Below the pieces are notes generated by a model, which worked only from the letters and a program-made list of their open reading frames with translations, did no database searches and was not told the origin of the DNA. Below, piece by piece: positions 11,066 to 24,443 of a stretch of DNA of 64,000 bases. Made by a program: the position numbers and the translations under genes. Source of the stretch: Octopus sinensis. Lineage: Eukaryota. The stretch lies in contig NC_043005.1 in assembly GCF_006345805.1 (NCBI RefSeq), positions 34,472,001 through 34,536,000 of the forward strand, given 5' to 3'. Every line of letters begins with the position of its first letter. The stretch's first letter is position 1.

Positions 11066-13356
11066 CTTTAAACTGACTTTTATGGAATCAGTTTAGCTTA
11101 CTATTTCAGCCAAGAAATAGACAACTTTCTTAAAATTTACATTATAGTTAACTGAATATTTAACAAAATCCTGTTTGTATAATACAACTTACACGTCTAT
11201 GGGCACAGTTACAAATACAGCAAATATGTCACCAGTGTGAGAGTCTTTATAAGGTTATTTGATTTGCTCAAAATAGTCACTTAGATCATAACCTGTCTTT
11301 AAAAATGAAGGACACTACTGGATTTTGCAGTCTTACAAATACTGTCTGAACTAATCTTTCTAAAAATTGTACAGTCAGAGCTGAAACACTTTACATTTGT
11401 TCAATCAAAGCAACAACAACAACACAGTGGACATTTAAATCTTCCCTCATGATGATGACGTCTATAAGATGTATTTTCTGGTGGGTTTAAGTACAATGGG
11501 AGAGAGAGAGAGAGAGAGAGAGAGAGCATGTGAGACCCTTGTTTAGTGTACATTGTGTACATTGTTAGGTCAGCTTTTTTTGTTCTTTTTGTATCAATTT
11601 TGATAGAAAGCCTGTTTAGTTAAGAATTAAGTGTGATGTCCAATTCTACTCAAGAGCCAACAGGATATGTTTAGTATCATTATAGTATCTATCTACTCTG
11701 TTATTTCTCTTATTCAAGGATATATATATATATATATATTTTCCATATTAAATTAAAACAATTAAAATTAGCAGAAAGAGTATTAACTTGCCATTTCATG
11801 TACTAAAACTAATAGCATGCATAAGACATTAATAATTTTCATAATCTCTCCTCTGTTATAACATGATTACAAAAAATATATCAGCATAGAGTTCCCATGT
11901 TATGAAATCCTTATTTTGGACAAAAGGTATAGCATACAGTAGAAGGTGAAACCCCATAAAGATACAGGATGAGGGCAGGACTTTTAAATGATTTAGGAAA
12001 TGGTAGCATAGAACTAGTTTATTTGATGAGTAGAAACCTTTACAGTAAATTGCAGTAGAAGAAGCAGGAAAAGGAAATAACTGGACATTATTTTTAATCA
12101 CATATCATATGTGCAATAATTTTTATTGCATATTTATTAACTTTTTATCTAATTATTCTGAGATAAAATAGTGTGTATTTTCTTTTATATAAGCAAAATA
12201 TATAAAAATATATAAAATAACTGAGTTCTTTTCTATCTGCTACTGTTCCTGACTTAGAATTGTGATGATGTTTCTGAATCGGTAAGCAGATTATTCTCCT
12301 GATTTTCTTGTATTTACCCAATTATAGCTTTAGATAAATATTTTCCCATTTCTCTACTGGCATGATTTCACTGCATAAATATATACAAACTAAATATTAC
12401 ACATCTCTGGGAGACGTCATTTTTCTTCTTGTTTTATCTTGCATCAAAATAGACCTCTGTTCAATATCGCTGTTCAATATTCACTGTAATCTTTCATCTT
12501 TCATAATGTCATGTTATCTCTTATTTTGTGCTTATCCTATCTACTTCAGGACAAACCATGTTGTTTTCTCTGTTGTGCCTTTTACCTTTATTGCTTTCAG
12601 ATCAACTCCTCAATTTATTCCCATTTAATCTTTCTTCTCTGTATGCTGTCAAATACTTTATATATTTCTTGCTTAATGTTATCGTGACTATTTACTGTAG
12701 TATTGTATACTTAAAGAATGATTTTTGTTAATTATGAAGACTCTTATATTATTGTGTACCAATTATTTTTAGATCATAATCAATTCTAGTTTTCTTATTA
12801 ATTAAATAAGTTTCATAAAAAAAAATCTTCACAGTAATTTCAAATTCAAAAATAAAACTTTTTCATTGAAATGTCAGTTAAATTCACTAGACTTGTTATA
12901 TAAATAGCAGTTTGCTATTAAAATATCTGCAGTAGAACAATGTATCCTGCTATCAACTCTCAAGTTAGAAATAGTTGGGACCATATTTTTTAAAATGTCA
13001 CTTGCTTGGTTGTAAAATCTTTCACTGATAACCTCTTTTCTCTCTTTTGGTATTGTGACTTTTTGTTAAAACTCACTGACTCCATCACTCCATTCATTTT
13101 CCTTCATCCCCACTGCATTTTTTCTACATATTATGCACTGTTGTTGTTACTAGAAAAATAAATCATTATATTCCAGAAGTTAGGTTGTCTCAGCAAAAAC
13201 ATTAATGTTTTACTCACTTCTTTTCCGTTGGTTACATTCTTACTAAGATTGGAGCAGATCATTCCATTCTGAGAATATTTTGGAGGTGTCATAAAACAAA
13301 AAGCTAACTTATAGTTTAGTATATAGTGTACAATAGTATACAAATTACTACTTAGT

Positions 13357-13730
13357 GCAATTAAGAAGCTTGCTTCCCAACAACATGGTTCTGGGTTCAG
13401 TTCCACCTTGGGTAAGTGTCTCTTATGATAGCCTTGTGAGTGGATTTGGTGTATGGAAACTGAAAGAAACCCATTGTATGTGTACACACACACACACATA
13501 TGGGAGAGGAGATTTTGTCTTGACATAGCATGATAGTTGTAAATGTTTTTTACTGTCATACAAGCAGTGTCATTCATTTCCAATATTCTGCCAAAGCATG
13601 TCTGGCCATGAGGAAATACTACCTTGCTTAGAAATTGATGAGGGTTAGTAACAGAAAAGGCATCTGGCTGTGGAAAATTTGTCTCAATAAACTCCATCTG
13701 ACCTATTCAAGTATGGAAAAGTAGATGGTG
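13357..13730 (+). mobile_element. tRNA-derived SINE body followed by RTE-type tail
   Basis: aagaagcttgcttcccaacaacatggttctgggttcagt...gaaactgaaagaaaccc and aagggcatctggctgtggaaaa-like tail. Confidence 0.75.
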
Positions 13731-16504
13731 ATAATTCAATTATAAAAAAGAAATTTTCAGTGGTCGTTTTATGTACTTGTAAAGTTATGTATCTGTTAAG
13801 ATATGTCTATTTTAAAGCTGTGTATGTCTGTAAAGATAAGTTTATTTTAATATTGTATATGTTTGTAAAGATGTGTCTATTTTAATATTGTATGTGTCTT
13901 TTAAATATAATAGCAAAAACACCACCCCAAGGGTAGTGTTTCTGCTTGTATAAGATGAATTGAAAAATTCTAGTATGGAAACAAATAGTGCAGTATGTAT
14001 ATTGTGTTATTGTATTGTAATCAATATGTTAAAAGAAATCAATATATTATCTAACAATAGACATAACGTTAATGGTATAAACACAGAAATTGATCAAGGC
14101 CTTCATTATTCAAAGGACCAGGGCTTACACATTTATGTATAACAGAATGAAACTTGAAATAAAAAAATTCTGTGTAATTTTGATATAATATAGTGCTAAT
14201 CTCAAAGATAAACTTTGTAATCACCTATTTTTAATGAATGTGTATGAGTGAGAGAGAGAGTTGCAAGGAAAGACACTAAGGGTAAGAATGAGAGAGGTAA
14301 AGTTATAATGATAAAGAAAGAAGAAGAGTATTACCACAGAGATGGTAAATGAAGAGATGGAAAGAAAGAGAGAGAAGGAAGTAGTGTAAGATTTAATAAA
14401 ATACTATCATGCTGTGAATTAACGTTAGTTTTTTTTTTTTTTTTTAATTAAATAGCTGAAATCTTCAATTATAAAAGTACTTTAAAATCACATTTTGATA
14501 AAAACTATATTAAAATTAGAATTTTAAATTTTCTAGAGAGTGTAGACATTAATTGCTTTCTTTTAGAAAAAGGTACATACTCATGACTAATTAATAAGCT
14601 ATTTTCCTCATTATACTATATAGATATATATTGTATGTATACTATACTGTCTTTAAAGATATGCATTTCTAAAATTGCACGTGCCTTTTAAAGTTATGTA
14701 TACTTTTTGAAATTATAAATGTCTTTAAAAGATATGCTTGTTTCTGAGACCATTGTAACCTTCAAGTCTTTTAGGATAGTCTGCAAATATTTTAACCATT
14801 TAATATATTAATGCACTTATATGATGTCAGATATACAACCTGCAGTCACTTAGTTCAAATGAAGAGTAATTAAATGAAGAAAACAAAAGAAATTCTAAAT
14901 AGAGACTTGGTTATTTTTCAAGTTATTTCTTGTAGAATACATTCTGAAAGTAAAGATGGTAGTTATACCTCACTTTAAAATAAGTAAACTTAAGAAGTTA
15001 TATTTTTTGAAATTCCTAATTTTGATGTTGCTTTATGGATTCTATAAACTACTTAAATTGTTTTATTCAAAATAAGCAATATTTTATGAAGAAATTGTCT
15101 GTTGGGATTTTCAACATAAAATGAGTTTAACAATATAAGCACCAACTTTAAACTGACTTAGTGACTGAAGCATTTGTCTTTTCTATCGAAGTTGTGTTTA
15201 TAATGGTAAACATTTTATTGTTCCTTTAAAACAAAATTAGATAAAAGTTTATTTCAATGAAATTTGGGAAATTACTAAACTTTTTGAGAAAATAACTTTA
15301 TATTATAGACATTTCTTACATTGTCTGGCTGAATAATAGAAAATTGCTTTTGACTTAATTATCTTTTGTTTCCATATTTTTTAAGACATTATGTTAGTTA
15401 CAGTTTAATGATCTCATTTACAATACACAGTTCCAATACAGTATAAAGGAAATGGAAGCTACTTGGCTATCTAGGTCCCTTTATATATAGAGAGATGTAT
15501 TTCTCTGGAGGTGGCACCTATAATTATCTAAGTTATTTCTTGATAGTTTAAAGAAATGGGAAAGCCAATTCTTTAAATTAAAAGGAAAAAATTTGTATCA
15601 ATATATTCATGTAAAACCCTTCAAGATTTATGTCTAATGAGGAAATTAATGTCTTAACTGCTTTACCTAAGAGTCAGAGAAATGACCTAAAACCTTACAA
15701 ATATCCAAAGTTGATCCTGAAGTTGCACTTCTCTATAAACAATATATTTTGCAACTAGTCAAAACAAAAATTGTCAATTCCACCTTCAACAATGTAGTGA
15801 ATCTTTGATTTGTTAATAAACTCCTTTGAATTCTTCAATCTAAATGATGCTGTTATGTCAGTATGATGATAGATGAAGGCAAGAAACACTAGGGATTTCG
15901 ATATATTTAGTTATGTTCTACCTTCAGATCCTGCTCAGTCAAGTTGACTTTTCATCCTTACAGACCAAAAATGCAAGTTCCAATTAGATACAAAGGCTAA
16001 ATCAATTAAATATTCTCCTCTTTGTGGAGTCCAAGTTAAAAATCAATATTATTTACAAATACGTTTTTCTTCCTCTCTACATTGGATTATATCAAGGAGG
16101 AGTGTGAGGTAGTAACAATATATTTCCACTGGAATTGTCTGTATTGTTTGCTGTGGATGTTTGAGACAGAGATATTTCTTGACTGTATGTTTAGTGTTTT
16201 TAATCAATCAATATGTTTGGTCCAATAATAAATGAGTTGTAATATTAGGCTAATCTTTGGCAAAAGCAGAGCCAGCCCATAATTCTTTTCCTACTTCTAA
16301 AAATCATTTTAATACTAATGTCCCCAAATAGTGACTGTATCAGATATTGAGTTGCTAAGAACAGATATTACACTTCGATCTTCACCAAAATCTCCAAGGA
16401 GAGATGTAGTATGTTATTTCTAACCAGAATCTTCTAAACTGATTATAACAGACTATACTTAAATATATTCAGTTAGTGTTACTAATGGTCGTTATCAGCC
16501 TACT

Positions 16505-16697
16505 CTGGCCCCTGTGCCAGTGGCATGTAAAAAGCAACCACTACACTCTTGGAGTGGTTGGCGTTAGGAAGGTCATCCAGCTGTAGAAACACTGTCAGAT
16601 CACACTAGAGCCTGGTGCAGCCTCCTGGCTTCCCAGACCCAAGTCGAACCGTTCAACCATGCCAGCATGGAAAATGGACATTAAATGATGATGATGA
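16505..16697 (+). mobile_element. RTE 3' end fragment with (GAT)n tail
   Basis: Reverse complement closely matches 2476-2660 and 25890-26060. Confidence 0.85.
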
Positions 16698-16706
16698 TCT
16701 ATATAT

Positions 16707-16775
<69 letters not shown>

Positions 16776-16785
16776 CATATACAAA

Positions 16786-18237
16786 CTAAACTGCTTGTTC
16801 TAATGGTTTCCCAGCAATCCTCCTCAAATCATGTAAGCGTGCCCTGACAAAATCTCTCCAGATTCTCTTCCAGAGCTTTCTTGCAAATGCAGACTGCCAA
16901 GCAAGGTGAAAGAGGGAATAATATGCCCAATCCATAAAGGAGGAAGCAGATCAGATGCCAAAAACTATAGGCCTATCTCTCTGACTTCACACATCAGCAA
17001 AGTCATGGAATGGATAGTCAGAGGGAGACTAATTGCATTCCTTGAAAAAAATAACTGACTGATACCCAGCAAGGCTTTCGACCAGGTAGGAGCTGCCTGA
17101 CCCAGCTCTTACAACATTATGACTGGGTGTTGAGGTAGTTACTCAACACCTCAAATGTAAATAATAATAATAATAAAACATTGTGTACAGTGCTCAGGTG
17201 CACTACAACTCATCTAAAGTGTATGTATAATCAGGTGTAGTTTCGGCGGATTTCGGAAAGCATGAGGGCCTTAAAGGATGCAGTGTCATGGCAGTCAATG
17301 ACTGATGCAGGCAGTTTGTTCCATGCTTCAGCAATTCTGAGCGTGAAAAAATGTTTCTGAAAGTCATGGAAGCTGTGTTGTTTTCTGACTTTGTAGGCAT
17401 GTCCACGTGTATTGGACACATGGAGATCAAAAAGGTGTTCAGTGTTGTTGTTGGTGAGGTGGTTGATAACTTTGTGAGTGTTTACCAAGTCCATCGCCAG
17501 ACGCCGGAGCTTCAGTGAATCCATGCCCAGGGAAACAAGGCGCTCAGAGTATGGTAGGTGTCTGATGGAGGGTATGCGTTTGGTTGCACGTCTCTGAACA
17601 GATTCCAGGAGGTCAATGTTCTGAATATACCTTGATTTTGCAAAAGCTTTTATCAAAGTGGATCATGGTATGATATGTCGTAAACTGCATGATCTCGGTA
17701 TAGGTGGAAAACTTGGAGAGTGGTTACATGACTTTCTGAAAGATAGAAGTCAGGCAGTAGAGGACAATGGAGCCACCTCAATGCAAACACAAATAGTGAG
17801 CGGTGTTCCACAAGGCACTGTCTTGGGACAACTGCTTTTCATAGTGGCCCTCTCAGATATGCCTTCCACTGCCTGGATAGCCACCCTTGCCAGCTATGCA
17901 GAAAATACAGAACCCCAACGATGTTACACCTCTGCAGCAGGAGTTAGACTCAATTTACAGATGGGCTGAGGAGAATAATATGCAGTTTAATGCTGAAAAA
18001 TTCCAAGCCTTTTGCTACCAGCATCCAAAACTAAATATGAAACTTACAGGGTGCACTGGTCCATAGGAATTACAATCCCAGAGCCTAAATCAGTGAGGGA
18101 CCTGGGTATCAACATGAGTGATGATACCTCTTTTCAAGTGCACATTACCAGGATGGTCATAAAGTGCAAAGAACAGGCTGGCTGAATCCTGAGAACATTC
18201 AGTACCAGGAAACTTTGATGGTCCTCTGGAGGGCCAT

Positions 18238-18240
<3 letters not shown>
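16786..18240 (+). mobile_element. CR1/L2-group LINE RT fragment, interrupted at 17159-17624
   Basis: ICPIHKGGSRSDAKNYRPISLTSHISKVME, QGFRPGRSCLTQLLQHYD, IYLDFAKAF.KVDHG, SGVPQGTVLG.LLF, MQFNAEKF motifs with stops and frameshifts. Confidence 0.9.
17159..17628 (-). mobile_element. 5'-truncated CR1-like LINE 3' end nested antisense in the preceding LINE
   Basis: LESVQRRATKRIP..LPYSERL..LG..SL..RR..DL...NTRGH..K...F.LRI.EAWNKLP, with a (TAT)n tail at 17159-17175. Confidence 0.9.
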
Positions 18241-18279
<39 letters not shown>

Positions 18280-18284
18280 CAGAT

Positions 18285-18321
<37 letters not shown>

Positions 18322-18666
18322 AATATACATATACACATATACACATATATACAGATATACATACATACGTGTACATACACATACACACATATATACATAC
18401 ATATATATACAAATATATATATACATATTTATACATACACACACATATATATATATACATACATATATATACATACCTATACACATAGATATACATACAC
18501 ATGCACATGCACACATACATATATACATACATATACACATACATACACATACACATGTGTATACATACACATATATACATACATATGTATATATATATAT
18601 ATATATACATACATATACACACACACATGCATATACACATATATACACATACACATATCTACATAT

Positions 18667-18716
<50 letters not shown>

Positions 18717-18760
18717 ATATACATGTACTTTCCTATATACATGCTCAAGCACATAGATAT
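18241..18760. repeat. Compound (CA)n/(TA)n/(TACA)n microsatellite
   Basis: Direct reading. Confidence 0.97.
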
Positions 18761-18919
18761 GCAAAACTATATATCGATGGCATCAGATATAAATATAAGA
18801 AAAAATAATTAATATAACATATGTCTATGTTTACAAGCGCTTACATGCATATACACAAACATATATTTATTCATATATATACTTATAAAAAGTATACATA
18901 CGAGTACAGATATACATAC

Positions 18920-20468
18920 TTAATAAAATTTCCTAAACACGTATTTAGAATAGTGTGTACAAGATAGAACACTCTCATGTCTTTCATGAAGCAATTTCTT
19001 CTGATATAATTCATCTATATACAGGTTCTATCTAGCATCATTTATTTTATATGATCTAGCATGACTAAGTATTTTCCAATTTATTTTGTAATATTTCTTA
19101 CTATCCTTCAATTCCCAGATTAATTTACTTAGACTAGTATTGTTAAATCTGTCTCTATTCCTAAAGCGATCCGGTTAGCTATCCATTTTTTAATAAAATT
19201 TTCCATAGACCCTATGTAAAAATAATTTCTTGGTTCCGAATCCACCCTACATCTATATTCAATATTATTCTGTAAGCAAAAATTATTAAATAAACATTTA
19301 TCCTTATATCTACAATCACAGTTCCTAGCTAGATCATTATCTGTAATATTATTGCTATTTTTTCTTTTGTTATAAAAATTGTCCAGACTTTTATTATTGA
19401 AGGAGGAGATAATTCTAAACAAAGTTTTAAGTACTGAAAAACCTTTTATTATTAATTATTTTATAATATTTATGTTCTTTATTAAAGTGCTTATATATAG
19501 ATCTGTAAAATAGCTTGACTAGATTCATTTTTATTTGTCAAGCATAAACCAATATTATTATCTTCATTATACTTAACATCACTGGGTGTATTTAGTTTGT
19601 CATATGGCATATATTTATTATCATTAGACCTAAGTTTATTTAAATATTTATTTTTATTCAGGGTATATTTACTACTCATGTTCTTATTAATATTAATGCT
19701 ATTATTAATCATATTACTATTTACAAATAAATGGGATATCTTTCTACTATTATATTCATCCACTTCGTTGTCAATCAGTTTTCCATTATTATAATAAGAT
19801 TTGTTGTAGTTCTCATTTTTATTACAGTATACTACATTATTATTAAAGATTTCCTCATTAGATGACAAATAGGAAACGTGTTTCAAAATGTTATCAACCA
19901 TTTTTCTTGTGAAAGCTTTAGGATGGTTATTGTGAAAGTTAATGTTTTTAAAACTACTATTTGGTTTATAATAAGAACTGTATAGGCCAATAACAAGGTT
20001 CAGGTTTACATCTAAGTAATTAACTGAATCATGTTCATTTTCTATAGAAATAGATAAACCAAATCTTTTGAAAAAACTATGGAACTTTTTCATATATAGG
20101 TTTATTTTTCTATTGGATATACTGTTTATCAAAAATAGGGCATCAACTGTATAGAGACCACCTTTAATTTCTGGGAATTCATTGTGGAAATGATATAGTA
20201 TGTAAATACCTACTAAATCAGTAACTTTGGCTGAATCAGCCGAACCTATTGTTCTGTCAAAATAATTGGTAATATTTTTTCTGGCCCAGTACTTGTTATT
20301 GAATACAATGATAGACTTCCTAGCTTCCAAAATAACTTTAATTTCTCTTAAACTTAAGTAAAAAATTTTCTTAGCAAAAATATGTGCACTATTTAGTACA
20401 AATGGATTAATTCTGCACTATTTAGTGCACTACTTAGATTAAGTGCACTATTTAGTACAATTGGATTA
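18920..20468 (-). mobile_element. Penelope-like element relic (RT plus C-terminal GIY-YIG endonuclease), Naiad-like
   Basis: RT: ILEARKSIIVFNNKYW..FDRTIGSADSAKVTDLVGIYIL..GLYTVDAL (decayed YxDD)..NYLDVNLNL..YKPNS..NHP..LSSNEEIF. Linker CDCRYKDKCLFNNFC. EN: YFYIGSMEN..TSLSKLIWELKD..INWKIL..SCTH. Small tandem duplication at ~20385-20468. Confidence 0.85.
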
Positions 20469-20474
20469 ACCACT

Positions 20475-20516
20475 ACGCATATGGCATAGTAGTTAAGAGT
20501 GCAGACTACTAACCCC
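20475..20516 (+). mobile_element. tRNA-like head fragment of the 10135 element family, at the PLE truncation point
   Basis: acgcatatggcatagtagttaagagtgcagactactaacccc versus gggcatatggtgtagtggttaagcgtgcaggctactaacccc at 10135. Confidence 0.75.
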
Positions 20517-20535
20517 ATATATATATATGTATATA

Positions 20536-22756
20536 CTAGCTGGTGTACCCGGTAATTCCCAGGAGTAAAGATGTTCTATTGAAATACCTTATTACTCTGA
20601 TATAAGAAAGCCATTTTGTTATAACTGCCACAAAAGGTGTATTTTCCATCACAAAAACGTACAAAAACTGTCAGCTGGAGGAGGGAGAGATTGCTGGAGG
20701 TTGGTGAGACAGGTTTTCCGATGTTGGTGAAAAAGATTGTCCAAGGTTGGTGAGAGAGGTTGTTGGAAGTTGGCGAGAGAGGTTGTCGAAGGTTGGCAAG
20801 AGAGGTCATCAAAAGTTGTCTAGAGGGGTTGTTCGAGATTATTGAGAGAGGTTTTTGGAGGTTGCTGAGAGAGATTGTCAGACGTTGAGAGAGGTTTTCA
20901 GAGGTTGGCAAGAGAGGTGGTTGTAGGTTGGCAAGGGAGGTTGTTGGAGGGAGAGGCATCTTTGTTCCAAAATTTCAGTCTTTCAAGGATTTGTGATACA
21001 CAATGCTTTTGGTTTTGCTGTTGGGTGCATAGATGAATAAATTTTCCAGATTTCCAACTCTAGAGCATCTGACATAGAGCTGTCTGTGAGAAAAAGCAGC
21101 TCCTGCAAGATTAACGCCTATCACTTTCAATGTCTGACCCTGTACTTTGTTGATGCTCATTGCAAAGCATAATCTCAGTGGGAATTGTAGCATTTTGAAA
21201 TCAATTTGTGTGTTGGGAGGAATCAGAAGAATCTTTGGAATGAAAACATCTTTACCACTTGCTTTCCCAGTCAGTATTGTTGCTTTCAACACTGTCTGCA
21301 TCAAGTTTTTGATAAGTCTTGTGCCATTGCATAATTTTGGAGGATTGAGGTTTCTTAAAAGCATAACTGGGGCTCCAACCATCAGATGCAATTTATGCGG
21401 TGGTAGACCTGAAGGTGCAAGGCTATTGAGGAATTCAATGGGGTAATGAACAGCATCATTGGTGTGGAGCACAGTATCAATTGAGTTGTATGTTCAATGT
21501 CAGAGTTATGGGCATTCATAGTGTAATGAAATTTAATTGAAAACCCTGCATGCATTGGCAGCATTTAGTTATTTGAAGATGTTGGAAAAATGTCTATTAA
21601 TGCAATGTGTAAATTAATTACAGCAATATGTATATAACTGTTTAGATATTGAAGTAGACTAGATGAAGAATAATTGTTTTATTTCGTAAATATGAAACAT
21701 AATGAATCAGAGACTTACTTGAGATCGCCATTGTTGCATTAGAGCAGCTAGTGAAGTAGAAGCACCCAATTGTATTCTGACCTGTAGCATTTTAAAGGTG
21801 AACTTTATGAAGGCTAATGTATTAAAGGTAATATATGTATAGAAATATATAGTATATGTGTATAGAAATATATGAATGAAGTGTTAGAAGAAAGTGCAAT
21901 AACGTTCACGCTCACTGGTGGTCGCTGTCAGTAACTGCATTTAGCTTATGGAGCTCTTGTTTTTATAACTATCGAAAAGCAGCCAGAAGGATAGACATAT
22001 TGTTGAGAACAAATGATTTTGTTAGAGGTCTGTTATCTCCATTCCAGCCCCTGGTGGCCTAGAAGAGGGTAGAAGTGGCAAAGACATTATTCTGCTTAGC
22101 AGAGGCGTCTGGAAAATGTGCAACTGCTGTCATTCATAGAAAAACTATTGTTTTATCATGAGAAAAGTGCTGTTGAAGTGTTAAGTGAAATTTGGCAATT
22201 AAGGATTGAATACACACTACTCCTGCATGAAGCCACTACAAATACGTTGTGGAAAAAAAATTTATCTATTGTCATGGAGAAAGTATAACTGTAAAAATGC
22301 AGAATTATCATCATAATGAGCATTTAAAAAAGTATGTATGTATAGAAGTATATGAATGAATAGATTCAAATTAAGGAAGTGCAATAATAATGTTTAGCAG
22401 TTTAAAACTGTGAGTAGTGAAATGCAGAATTAGGTCGGCTGATTGTTGGTTCAAAGTAATCGAGCATAAACAATAAAATGGGTTATTTCCCTTCAGTATT
22501 TAAAAAAATATTGAGTATGTGGTATGACTTATTTCCCTTGGGTGTTTAAAAATAAATTAGTTATATAAGGTAGATATAAAGGTCCCTTCCAGGGACCACA
22601 TTGTCGATTTTTTTCAGCAATCTAAGTATGTCACAAGGTTTCCAGACACGAGTTCTACTTACTTTTCAACTTGCATCAAAATCAATGAAACGATGTAGGA
22701 GGAGTTAGCTAACAACGCCACAAACAAACACACACCGATTTTCCACATATTTAAGA
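20536..22756 (-). mobile_element. Non-autonomous Helitron retaining the C-terminal Pif1-type helicase (20975-~21560)
   Basis: 3' CTAG|T at 20536 with hairpin cctgg-gaatta-ccggg just upstream. Candidate A|TC 5' end at 22756. Helicase motifs [58 protein letters not shown]. The 5' end is less certain than the 3' end. Confidence 0.8.
20685..20958. repeat. Degenerate ~22-bp minisatellite (ggttggcgagagaggttgtcga) inside the Helitron 3' region
   Basis: About a dozen diverged units read directly. Confidence 0.75.
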
Positions 22757-24049
22757 TCTTTAAATTGTAAATTTTAATATTTTATAAGTCTTTGGTGTAA
22801 TAATATTTTCCTTATGTAAATATCGTTGTTTATGTAATGATCTAATTATCGTAATTTTCTATATTATTAGATATTAAATTTAAGTTTATTCGTAAGATAT
22901 TACTTAGCAATAGATTTGTTGTTTGATAGCAAGTATACGTGGTGTCTAAAGTTAGGCTTTTGTATATACATGTATTAATAGTATTAATTGTAGTTTTAAA
23001 TTTCTTATAATTAGAATTAGATAAACTTTGATAAACTTAGATATGTTTCGACTAAAGATTGGTCCAGGCCATGTCTAACTTAATAGCATAACTTAGTTAT
23101 TGTCTTTTTAAATTGATATTCGCTAGTTATTCCCATTGATAATTATATTTATAGTATTTATAGTATTTATTCGATACTATATAACTACGAATTGATTATT
23201 TCTATAAGTATTTTAAATAAGATTTCTGAAATTCGTTTAAGTTTGTTTGTTTGTATTTTTGAAATTAGCTATTTCATCTTTAAATATGAAAAATTAATTT
23301 ATTAGGTCTTTATTATATGTGCATATATATTTATTTATAGAGATTATTTTAGATCTTAATTATAATATTTATATACATTTTATATTTTCATTGATAATTT
23401 ATATATAATAGTCATTTTTTTTTATATTTATGTAATTAGATATAGACTATTACCAATATTAGATTATTGGTGGGTTTCTTACCTTATAAATTAAAATTAA
23501 TATTTAACATTATAATCGATTTTGATATAATCATAATTGTTTAGTGTTAAGTTTCTAGTTTGATAATAGAGTTTATTATAAGTAAAATTATTATATTATT
23601 TATATCTTAAAAATATTGTTTAAATATTTCTGATTATTTTTAAAATATTTCAATTAACCTGAAGATTAACTGTAACCATAACTCGAATTATTAATTGAAT
23701 TTAAATTATTGTTATTTGAATTGGTACAGCCATGAAATGATCGTAGTGTTTTACTCTTTATCTTTTATTAAACTTTTAATACTTTTGATATTTATTTTTT
23801 AAAAAATAAAAAAAATAAAAAAATAAAAGATAAAAAAATAAATTAATTAATTAATAAATAAAATAATATATAAATATAAAAATATACATATACACATATA
23901 TATATATTTGTATATATATATAAAATTTATAAGTTTAAATTATTTAAATAATTTTTTATTTCTAACTTTTATATTTTAAAATTAATTTTATGTATTGGCT
24001 TATGTTTTTCACTGTATGATTTGCCTAACAGTGGTTTTATCTCTAATTT

Positions 24050-24214
24050 AATATAATATATTTATATATATATACACACACACATATATATTCATATATA
24101 TATATAAATAGATAGATAGATACACATACATATCTCACATATATGTATATACATATATATATCATCATCATCGTTTCACATCCACTCTTCATGCTGGCAT
24201 GGGTTGGACGGTTT

Positions 24215-24272
<58 letters not shown>

Positions 24273-24361
24273 TACCAGAGTAAGCACATAAATGTGAAAC
24301 AAGATGAAAAAGTAGTACTCAAATACCAGAGGCAAAGTAATATTTATATTATATATATATA

Positions 24362-24440
<79 letters not shown>
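24050..24440. repeat. (TA)n/(CA)n microsatellite cluster with short RTE-tail (24163-24215) and SINE fragments
   Basis: Direct reading. Confidence 0.9.

Positions 24441-24443
<3 letters not shown>

Noticed and set aside
13770-13941. ~36-bp degenerate tandem repeat followed by an 11-bp hairpin (13917-13941), possible element terminus
   Set aside because: No matching second terminus, CTAG end or coding remnant was found.
14680-15250. Possible highly decayed transposase remnant
   Set aside because: No diagnostic motif could be read in any frame.
17126-17150. 9-bp perfect hairpin next to the nested LINE breakpoint
   Set aside because: It lies within LINE coding sequence and is short enough to be chance.
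19020-19330. Selenocysteine (TGA) recoding as reported for some Naiad PLEs
   Set aside because: The linker cysteines are ordinary TGT codons and the one stop at a Cys-like position (19028-19030) is TAG, so there is no support here.
21909-22059. Two CTCF-like motifs inside the Helitron (21909-21924, 22044-22059)
   Set aside because: Each mismatches highly conserved positions of the CCASYAGRKGGC core. Not supportable without ChIP data.
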